A stretch of DNA of 64,000 nt from Paraphysomonas bandaiensis (lineage: Eukaryota; Protista; Chrysophyceae): contig CBFFRP010000445.1 in assembly GCA_965644295.1 (NCBI GenBank), forward strand, positions 1-64,000, read 5' to 3'. The first letter of the stretch is position 1; each line of letters begins with the position of its first letter. Both the position numbers and the translations under genes were made by a program. Below, piece after piece: positions 13,575 through 24,102 of the stretch. The notes under the pieces were generated by a model. It was not told the DNA's origin. It did not search any database and was given only the letters and a program-made list of their open reading frames with translations.

Positions 13575-14765
13575 CAGGGATAGGGAACAATTTATTGTAT
13601 TGCAATATATGATTGGTGGACTGGTCAAATAATCCATCAATATTGTTTGTGTTAAAAGAGCTCACAATACTATTGCAATATATTGCAATCAATGTTATGA
13701 TAGGCATATAAGTGAAGATTCTCAACTGTATGGTGCAAAATATACGCCTACGTATACAAATATCCGGAAAATACATAGGATGATGAAGCTGAAGTTGGCT
13801 ATGCGGAAAAATTCTTCAATCAGCTCAAAATCTTAAGAAACGGAAAGTTGAAATATTTAAGTATATTAAAAGTCTTTTTATTTAGCAATAGGCGTTGAGA
13901 CCTTGCATCAATTAGTGGCTAGAAGAATGCTAGTCATACTAGTTAGACCACTACCCGTAACTAATCAATACAAACTCTTTTATCCTACGAAAGCTGCTTG
14001 TGCGTCGCCGCAAGCACCAAGGTGCAACCACTTCCGTTCTTTTGGTGTGATATGAAATTCGCCTTTATCGTGTGTCCGTGGACTCACCGGCGCTTTTGAT
14101 CTGGGGGTCTTCCTTTGGGATGGGTCTCCATTGGTTTTGGAGGGGGCTCAGCATTTTGAATTAGGGTCCTGAGTGCACCTAGTTCCAGATGTGCGGGTTG
14201 AGAGTGGTGGTATTATCCTACTATTTAACGCTACGGAAGCTGCTTGTGCGTCGCCGCAAGCACCAAGGTGCGACCACTTCCGTTCTTAAAATATCTAAGT
14301 ACAGGTGCACGAGTCATGTAGTATGTACTTCCCATACATGTGAACGCCTGTTAAGCGCAGCAAAACTGGTTATATCAGTGTTGCGCAAACGTATGCATCC
14401 TACTACACTTAATATACTATTGTTTCTGAAAGCTAACCGACAGTTGTGGCCTGATGCAAGCATATTTCAATCAATATTAAATGAATATGGTGATGATGAT
14501 GTCACCGATGATGGCTCAGAGGATGAGTATGAGGAAACTTTTAATTAATTAAGAGTAGTGGGTTTGATTATCAAGTGACCTTAGACCTTGTAATGGCAAG
14601 TAGTAAAAATGGAAACTACGGATGTGTTTACTTACTGATTACTCATATACTAATATATTGCAATATATTGAAATAGTATTGTAGGGCCGGTTTAAAAAAT
14701 CCACCAATACTATTGATGGAACGCTATCTAACAATAGTATTGCAATATATTGTTCCCTATCCCTG
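13575..14765 (+). mobile_element. hAT element, second copy of the 8671 family, more deleted, opposite orientation
   Basis: Same cagggatagggaacaat TIRs; perfect 8-bp TSD AGATATAC (13567-13574 and 14766-14773); transposase 3' end at 14290-14548. Confidence 0.95.
13864..14288 (-). mobile_element. Retroelement-like insert nested in the hAT copy; same family as the arms of the 26.8-27.9 kb foldback
   Basis: Flanked by 13-bp duplication aaatat(t/c)taagta of transposase sequence; minus-strand 3' end has AATAAA; internal ~60-bp direct repeat (13981-14040 and 14213-14287). Confidence 0.7.
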
Positions 14766-15827
14766 AGATATACAGTACCGTATAATGATCACATAACTCT
14801 TCATATCTGCGCCGTGGTTCACTCGAATCATTAAATGACTTCACTCATACGAGGACGAGTGAGAGATCTACTTGAGAGAGAAACTGGTCGAGTGGGATAG
14901 TTAATTGCGATCTCATATGAGGGAGGAGCTCCTGACATGCATGTTAAGTTGTTGAGTTGCTTTGGTATCTGATTGTAATTAATAAGACTCATCTCATAAC
15001 ATTACACACACATACACACATATATATCTAAACAACACACATTCCGACAGTGTGGCTATAGCGTAGGCTCGCGTATACACCACATAAAACACCGAGTTTT
15101 TGCGCTGATTCTACCACCCACCTATCCGTGCGAGTAACAACGTAGCCAACCACATAGATAACGCACAGATTCTGTTGCCGGCCGTGTTCACCTTCGCTAA
15201 TATTACGCAAGATTTCTCATAGCTATGCATGTCTTTTATATATGTCATTCGCACAGATTCTAGTACGGCCATGACTACCTCTTCATCACCTAACAAAGAT
15301 TATGCGGAGCTTCTCGTGACAATGCATGACTCATTATAGGCATGGAATCTCAAGGTTTTGTCGTAATCCTACAAGGACTATGCAAGTATAGTTTAGATTT
15401 TAGATCTAGCTCGAGCTTGCTTGGCGTCGACACACAAAGAATACGCCAGAATTTTATTAACAATATATACATTATACATCACTTAATTTAATCAGCACTT
15501 GCGCTTTATTTTTATTTGGCCACGTTCTCGGAATGGGGTAATGCTGATGAATTTTTATTATAATTGTAGTAATCAACCGAAAGTAAAACTTACTTAATCT
15601 TCAGTTACTTACTTCTAAGCTTAAACATACCAAATATTGATAAACCCTAGCCCTGTCGCATCATTATTATAAAAACCACTCTCCAATAAATCCAAACCGA
15701 ATGCTGCCAACAATAATATTCCAAACAAAATCAATAAGTGACTTGCAATTATTACAGTAATTTACAGATAATCGACATGCTAATATAAATCAGCACCGTT
15801 GTCGGCTCATCCCCTAACTGCCATACA

Positions 15828-16676
15828 TTAACCAGGTAGTCTATGTAATATCGCAGACATGGTTTTTTGAACCTCCTCCATGTTACGTTGCAAACCATCC
15901 ATGTTGCGTTGCAAACCATCCATGTTGCGTTGCAAACCATCCATGTTGTGTTGTAACACACCAATGTCACCTCGTACACCCTCCATGTTGTGTTGCAGGG
16001 CTGCAATATCGCCTTGCATCTGCTGTATCTGAGGTAAACATGAGCTTGTATTATACCAAAGAATGTTATGAAAATAATATAGCAAATACCGTAGGCATGG
16101 GAGTAATAGCATTAACCCCACATAGATAAGCCATATGCGCTTGGCATTGATTGGCCACTACAGTGTACACAAGTGCAATCAGCTGATCTGATGCTTGTGG
16201 ACAGACTCTACGAATTCCTGAGAGTTTTATGATATAACAGTAACAAAAATCTGTTTATCTCACATACTTGAACAAAAGGCACTCTTAATAGTATCATCTG
16301 CATTGCTATATAGCGAGGTGTCCATTGTGATCATGTGGGTTCGCTGTGTGTCTACTGCGGCATGTAAGGCATTGATGTCAGCATCTGATAGTCTTCGAAA
16401 CATTCTCTCCGTATACTCTCCTGCAATCTGCGGACCTCTATCTCCATCTCTCTCATCTCCTCTCGCTCTACCTCTACGCATTCTTCTTCTCTTAAGTGGT
16501 GGGCTGCGTATAGTGTGACTCTGACTGGGAGGAACACACGCATGTCTCTGTCCAAGTGTCGAATCTATTGGCATACATGTGGATACTTCATAGTGACCCT
16601 TCAAGATACCAGGTTGAATTGAAGTCAAATCAATGACCTCCACAGCAACAAACTTCATCGTATAGAGAGACTTCAT
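15828..16676 (-). CDS. Array gene copy 1: three-exon ~245-aa protein with basic patch and C-terminal heptad (21-nt) coiled-coil repeat
   Basis: Exons 16676-16268, 16217-16090, 16028-15828 join in frame through two GT-AG introns; C-terminus (Q-H/R-NMDGL)n; true start codon uncertain. Confidence 0.65.
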
Positions 16677-16744
16677 CTAAAGAAGTATATACGCTTCTGT
16701 CCAAGACCACCCCACTTCACACTCAGTCAACGGACACTGCTGTA

Positions 16745-16842
16745 CGTATGTACATACATACATACATACATACATACATACATACATACATACATACATA
16801 CATACATACATACATACATACATACATACATACATACATACA
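16745..16842. repeat. (TACA)n microsatellite at unit 1/2 junction
   Basis: Perfect tandem tetranucleotide. Confidence 0.95.
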
Positions 16843-16849
16843 AACATTA

Positions 16850-17128
16850 TCAGACATTTGAAGGTGATAAAGAAGATATGAAACCTGTGGGTTTTGCGAC
16901 ATTTTTTAATGCTTTAAACTTGCGCCTTAATTGGTCGCTTTCTCTTGAGTAATTCACTTTCTCATTATAGAGGACAGTGAGGGCATCCCAATCGCTTTGC
17001 CCTAATGGAAGCAACTCCTCAACCAAATCTAGGAGTACAGAGACGTCCGCTGAGGAATATGAGGCACCTCTGCCTGATTTATCCTTCCTCATTTTCTTCT
17101 TTGTTACCTTAGTAATAGTATTTGCCAT
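16850..17128 (-). pseudogene. Myb/trihelix-like (DUF6818-like) domain fragment, unit 2
   Basis: GRGASYSSADVSVLLDLVEELLPLGQSDWDAL...RESDQLRRKFKALKNVAKPTG; downstream exon lost at the microsatellite. Confidence 0.6.
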
Positions 17129-17585
17129 TATATTCATTTGACCTCTATGAATAGTCATTTGTGTAGTGCAATTTATGTGCACAGTTTTGGAGGTCACACT
17201 TGTAGTATATGGTTGTAGTATACATGTATTTTCGAACATTTGTTACACACTTTGTGACACGTCACAAAATACTACAGAGGGGTTTTGGAAGTCACCCAGT
17301 GTATATGGTGGAATATCGATCTGGGGTATATATAGGAGATAGATATAGATATTGGAGGGTGTTTATAGAAATTGGGGGATGTACTGTATATACCATAGAC
17401 AGGGATATATAAGTATATGGGTGTATGGTATACATAGATAGAGATATACAGAGATGGAGAGGTGATGATATAGGGATGTGTATATGTGTATGTCGTTGCG
17501 CGTGATAGTTATGTTCTGCATATTATTCACTCTCTCACTTCACATTCTAATAATCACAACATTCTTCGTACTACAACTAAGCTTT

Positions 17586-17940
17586 CGCATATGCAGTAGC
17601 AGATACAGCATCTCTGCTATATGCCGCCTCAAGAGATTCAGTCGCTTTAATTATCTGTGTCATATATGAGCTGATAGGATCATATCATACACTAGTAGAT
17701 ACACAGTACCGTATAGAGATCACACAATTCTTCATGCCTGCGCCGTTTACTCGAATCATTAAATAACTTCACTCATACGAGGACGAGTGAGAGGTCCACT
17801 TGGGAGAGAAACTGGTCGAGTGGGATAGTTAATTTAAGCCTCCTCCTCAATTGTAGCCTCATGTGAGGGAGGAGCTCCTGACATGCATGTTAAGTTGTTG
17901 CTTTGGTATCTGATTGTGACTTATAAGACTCATCTCATAA
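17586..17940 (-). pseudogene. Captured VPS28 5' fragment (unit 2)
   Basis: Colinear match to VPS28 5'UTR, exon 1, intron and start of exon 2, with frameshifting indels. Confidence 0.9.
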
Positions 17941-18771
17941 CATTACACACACATACACACATATATATCTAAACAACACACATTCCGACAGTGTGGCTAT
18001 AGTGTAGGCTCGCGTATACACCACATAAAACACCGAGTTTTTGCGCTGATTCTACCACCCACCTATCCGTGCGTGTAACAACGTAGCCAACCACATAGAT
18101 AACGCACAGATTCTGTTGCCGGCCGTGTTCACCTTCGCTAATATTACGCAAGATTTCTCATAGCTATGCATGTCTTTTATATATGTCATTCGCACAGATT
18201 CTAGTAGGGCAATGATGTTTACCTCGCCATCACCTAACAAAGATTATGCGAAGCTTCTCGTGACAATGCATGACTCATTATAGGCATGGAATCTCAAGGT
18301 TTTGTCGTAATCCTACAAGGACTATGCAAGTATAGTTTAGATTTTAGATCTAGCTCGATCTTGCTTGGCGTCGACACACAAAGAATACGCCAGAATTTTA
18401 TTAACAATATATACATTATATATCACTTAATTTAATCAGCACTTGCGCTTTATTTTTATTTGGCCACGTTCTCGGAATGGGGTAATGCTGATGAATTTTT
18501 ATTATAATTGTAGTAATCAACCGAAAGTAAAACTTACTTAATCTTCAGTTACTTACTTCTAAGCTTAAACATACCAAATATTGATAAACCCTAGCCCTGT
18601 CACATCATTATTATAAAAACCACTCTCCAATAAATCCAAACCGAATGCTGCCAACAATAATATTCCAAACAAAATCAATAAGTGACTTGCAATTATTACA
18701 GTAATTTACAGATAACCGACATGCTAATATAAATCAGCACCGTTGTCGGCTCATCCCCTAACTGCCATACA

Positions 18772-19641
18772 TTAACCAGGTAGTCTATGTAATATCGCAG
18801 ACATGGTTTTTTGAACCTCCTCCATGTTACGTTGCAAACCATCCATGTTGCGTTGCAAACCATCCATGTTGCGTTGCAAACCATCCATGTTGTGTTGCAA
18901 ACCATCCATGTTGTGTTGTAACACACCAATGTCACCTCGTACACCCTCCATGTTGTGTTGCAGGGCTGCAATATCGCCTTGCATCTGCTGTATCTGAGGT
19001 AAACATGAGCTTGTATTATACCAAAGAATGTTATGATAATAATATAGCAAATACCGTAGGCATGGGAGTAATAGCATTAACCCCACATAGATAAGCCATA
19101 TGCGCTTGGCATTGATTGGCCACTATAGTGAACACAAGTGCAATCAGCTGATCTGATGCTTGTGGACAGACTCTACGAATTCCTGAGAGTTTTATGATAT
19201 AACAGTAACAAAAATCTGTTTATCTCACATACTTGAACAAAAGGCACTCTTAATAGTATCATCTGCATTGCTATATAGCGAGGTGTCCATTGTGATCATG
19301 TGGGTTCGCTGTGTGTCTACTGCGGCATGTAAGGCATTGATGTCAGCATCTGATAGTCTTCGAAACATTATCTCCGTATACTCTCCTGTAATCTGCGGAC
19401 CTCTATCTCCATCTCTCTCATCTCCTCTCGCTCTACCTCTACGCATTCTTCTTCTCTTAAGTGGTGGGCTGCGTATAGTGTGACTCTGACTGGGAGGAAC
19501 ACACGCATGTCTCTGTCCAAGTGTCGAATCTATTGGCATACATGTGGATACTTCATAGTGACCCTTCAAGATACCAGGTTGAATTGAAGTCAAATCAATG
19601 ACCTCCACAGCAACAAACTTCATCGTATAGAGAGACTTCAT
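18772..19641 (-). CDS. Array gene copy 2 (three exons, one extra heptad)
   Basis: Exons 19641-19233, 19182-19055, 18993-18772; splice sites and frame conserved. Confidence 0.65.
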
Positions 19642-19711
19642 CTAAAGAAGTATATACGCTTCTGTCCAAGACCACCCCACTTCACACTCAGTCAACGGAC
19701 ACTGCTGTACG

Positions 19712-20067
19712 TATGTACATACATACATACATACATACATACATACATACATACATACATACATACATACATACATACATACATACGTACATACATACAT
19801 ACATACATACATACATACATACATACATACATACATACATACATACATACATACATACATACATACATACCTACATACATACCTACATACATACATACAT
19901 ACATACATACATACATACATACATACATACATACATACATACATACATACATACATACATACATACATACATACATACATACATACATACATACATACAT
20001 ACATACATACATACATACATACATACATACATACATACATACATACATACATACATACATACATACA
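19712..20067. repeat. (TACA)n microsatellite at unit 2/3 junction
   Basis: About 350 bp tetranucleotide run. Confidence 0.97.
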
Positions 20068-20221
20068 TCCATCCGTATCGGCAGTCAGCATCTTAGTTTT
20101 CGGAAATATAACGAAGTAAATATTCTATATATTACTGCAATACAACTACGGCTGAAATACAGATAATTGTTGACTCAATATAAGAGGCATCTATGAACAA
20201 AAATGTACGAAGGATGCCGAT

Positions 20222-20627
20222 ATGTCTGCAGGTTCATCTGCTATCTCAGATTTCTCTTCAATAAGCGATCCAATGTCGGAAGCTGAATCAAGTAACGCGA
20301 AACCGCAATCGTCCATCTCCTCGCTTTGGATCTCCTGGAAAAACATTATCAGACATTTGAAGGTGATAAAGAAGATATGAAACCTGTGGGTTTTGCGACA
20401 TTTTTTAATGCTTTAAACTTGCGCCTTAATTGGTCGCTTTCTCTTGAGTAATTCACTTTCTCATTATAGAAGACAGTGAGGGCATCCCAATCGCTTTGCC
20501 CTAATGGAAGCAACTCCTCAACCAAATCTAGGAGTACAGAGACGTCCGCTGAGGAATATGAGGCACCTCTGCCTGATTTATCCTTCCTCATTTTCTTCTT
20601 TGTTACCTTAGTAATAGTATTTGCCAT
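20222..20627 (-). pseudogene. Myb/trihelix-like (DUF6818-like) fragment, unit 3
   Basis: Same ORF as 16850-17128; splicing gives KPTG-DP, after which the sequence appears deleted or frameshifted. Confidence 0.6.
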
Positions 20628-21084
20628 TATATTCATTTGACCTCTATGAATAGTCATTTGTGTAGTGCAATTTATGTGCACAGTTTTGGAGGTCACACTT
20701 GTAGTATATGGTTGTAGTATACATGTATTTTCGAACATTTGTTACACACTTTGTGACACGTCACAAAATACTACAGAGGGGTTTTGGAAGTCACCCAGTG
20801 TATATGGTGGAATATCGATCTGGGGTATATATAGGAGATAGATATAGATATTGGAGGGTGTTTATAGAAATTGGGGGATGTACTGTATATACCATAGACA
20901 GGGATATATAAGTATATGGGTGTATGGTATACATAGATAGAGATATACAGAGATGGAGAGGTGATGATATAGGGATGTGTATATGTGTATGTCGTTGCGC
21001 GTGATAGTTATGTTCTGCATATTATTCACTCTCTCACTTCACATTCTAATAATCACAACATTCTTCGTACTACAACTAAGCTTT

Positions 21085-21439
21085 CGCATATGCAGTAGCA
21101 GATACAGCATCTCTGCTATATGCCGCCTCAAGAGATTCAGTCGCTTTAATTATCTGTGTCATATATGAGCTGATAGGATCATATCATACACTAGTAGATA
21201 CACAGTACCGTATAGAGATCACACAATTCTTCATGCCTGCGCCGTTTACTCGAATCATTAAATAACTTCACTCATACGAGGACGAGTGAGAGGTCCACTT
21301 GGGAGAGAAACTGGTCGAGTGGGATAGTTAATTTAAGCCTCCTCCTCAATTGTAGCCTCATGTGAGGGAGGAGCTCCTGACATGCATGTTAAGTTGTTGC
21401 TTTGGTATCTGATTGTGACTTATAAGACTCATCTCATAA
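21085..21439 (-). pseudogene. Captured VPS28 5' fragment (unit 3)
   Basis: Essentially identical to the unit 2 copy. Confidence 0.9.
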
Positions 21440-22270
21440 CATTACACACACATACACACATATATATCTAAACAACACACATTCCGACAGTGTGGCTATA
21501 GTGTAGGCTCGCGTATACACCACATAAAACACCGAGTTTTTGCGCTGATTCTACCACCCACCTATCCGTGCGTGTAACAACGTAGCCAACCACATAGATA
21601 ACGCACAGATTCTGTTGCCGGCCGTGTTCACCTTCGCTAATATTACGCAAGATTTCTCATAGCTATGCATGTCTTTTATATATGTCATTCGCACAGATTC
21701 TAGTAGGGCAATGATGTTTACCTCGCCATCACCTAACAAAGATTATGCGAAGCTTCTCGTGACAATGCATGACTCATTATAGGCATGGAATCTCAAGGTT
21801 TTGTCGTAATCCTACAAGGACTATGCAAGTATAGTTTAGATTTTAGATCTAGCTCGATCTTGCTTGGCGTCGACACACAAAGAATACGCCAGAATTTTAT
21901 TAACAATATATACATTATATATCACTTAATTTAATCAGCACTTGCGCTTTATTTTTATTTGGCCACGTTCTCGGAATGGGGTAATGCTGATGAATTTTTA
22001 TTATAATTGTAGTAATCAACCGAAAGTAAAACTTACTTAATCTTCAGTTACTTACTTCTAAGCTTAAACATACCAAATATTGATAAACCCTAGCCCTGTC
22101 ACATCATTATTATAAAAACCACTCTCCAATAAATCCAAACCGAATGCTGCCAACAATAATATTCCAAACAAAATCAATAAGTGACTTGCAATTATTACAG
22201 TAATTTACAGATAACCGACATGCTAATATAAATCAGCACCGTTGTCGGCTCATCCCCTAACTGCCATACA

Positions 22271-23140
22271 TTAACCAGGTAGTCTATGTAATATCGCAGA
22301 CATGGTTTTTTGAACCTCCTCCATGTTACGTTGCAAACCATCCATGTTGCGTTGCAAACCATCCATGTTGCGTTGCAAACCATCCATGTTGTGTTGCAAA
22401 CCATCCATGTTGTGTTGTAACACACCAATGTCACCTCGTACACCCTCCATGTTGTGTTGCAGGGCTGCAATATCGCCTTGCATCTGCTGTATCTGAGGTA
22501 AACATGAGCTTGTATTATACCAAAGAATGTTATGATAATAATATAGCAAATACCGTAGGCATGGGAGTAATAGCATTAACCCCACATAGATAAGCCATAT
22601 GCGCTTGGCATTGATTGGCCACTATAGTGAACACAAGTGCAATCAGCTGATCTGATGCTTGTGGACAGACTCTACGAATTCCTGAGAGTTTTATGATATA
22701 ACAGTAACAAAAATCTGTTTATCTCACATACTTGAACAAAAGGCACTCTTAATAGTATCATCTGCATTGCTATATAGCGAGGTGTCCATTGTGATCATGT
22801 GGGTTCGCTGTGTGTCTACTGCGGCATGTAAGGCATTGATGTCAGCATCTGATAGTCTTCGAAACATTATCTCCGTATACTCTCCTGCAATCTGCGGACC
22901 TCTATCTCCATCTCTCTCATCTCCTCTCGCTCTACGTCTACGCATTCTTCTTCTCTTAAGTGGTGGGCTGCGTATAGTGTGACTCTGACTGGGAGGAACA
23001 CACGCATGTCTCTGTCCAAGTGTCGAATCTATTGGCATACATGTGGATACTTCATAGTGACCCTTCAAGATACCAGGTTGAATTGAAGTCAAATCAATGA
23101 CCTCCACAGCAACAAACTTCATCGTATAGAGAGACTTCAT
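22271..23140 (-). CDS. Array gene copy 3 (three exons)
   Basis: Exons 23140-22732, 22681-22554, 22492-22271; splice sites and frame conserved. Confidence 0.65.
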
Positions 23141-23210
23141 CTAAAGAAGTATATACGCTTCTGTCCAAGACCACCCCACTTCACACTCAGTCAACGGACA
23201 CTGCTGTACG

Positions 23211-23977
23211 TATGTACATACATACATACATACATACATACATACATACATACATACATACATACATACATACATACATACATACATACATACATACATA
23301 CATACATACATACATACATACATACATACATACATACATACATACATACATACATACATACATACATACATACATACATACATACATACATACATACATA
23401 CATACATACATACATACATACATACATACATACATACATACATACATACATACATACATACATACATACGTACATACATACATACATACATACATACATA
23501 CGTACATACATACATACATACATACATACATACATACATACATACATACATACATACATACATACATACATACGTACATGGGAATGGAGCAGTAGTCGTC
23601 AGAACACGATATCTATTCTATTCCTACACGTTGATTTGGAACACTCTACATGTCTGTATGTTTATGATACTGTACAGCAGTACTGTGTATGAGTGCATAG
23701 GTTTCAGTTGTGTAGTCTAGTCTACTACATACATACATACATACATACATACATACATACATACATACATACATGCATACATACATACATACATACATAC
23801 ATACATACATACATACATACATACATACATACATACATACATACATACATACATACATACATACATACATACATGCATACATACATACATACATACATAC
23901 ATACATACATACATACATACATACATACATACATACATACATACATACATACATACATACATACATACATACATACA
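23211..23977. repeat. Two (TACA)n microsatellites (23211-23575 and 23724-23977)
   Basis: Tetranucleotide runs. Confidence 0.97.
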
Positions 23978-24102
23978 TGCATGTTACTCTTGTCTAGATA
24001 GATGCATATGTCTGCTATATATACACATACACATACACAACTAGATCACACTGATCTCACTATATAAACACATCAAATAATTCATTAAATTCATCTTTAA
24101 TT

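Larger units (their letters stand above)
13447..15000 (-). pseudogene. Captured VPS28 5' fragment (unit 1), split by hAT insertion
   Basis: Matches about 59120-59455 of the VPS28 gene, including its 52-nt intron; carries indels. Confidence 0.88.
13340..23575. repeat. Tandem array of three mosaic units (about 3.0-3.5 kb), separated by (TACA)n
   Basis: Units 2 and 3 offset by 3499 bp and nearly identical; unit 1 is more diverged, offset about 2950 bp, and interrupted by a hAT element. Confidence 0.95.

Noticed and set aside
15028-15296. 60-62 aa ORFs repeated in each array unit
   Set aside because: Short, non-ATG or interrupted, and broken in the 49960-50130 copy; at most a decayed fragment
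13340-23575. Helitron or Pack-MULE as a firm classification of the array
   Set aside because: No 5'-TC/3'-hairpin-CTRR ends, long TIRs or 9-bp TSD could be identified by eye
19642-24001. ORFs of MYVC/YIHT repeats (also 52524-52984, 45016-47794, 53171-54683, 62899-63336)
   Set aside because: Stop-free translations of micro- and minisatellites, mostly intronic or intergenic
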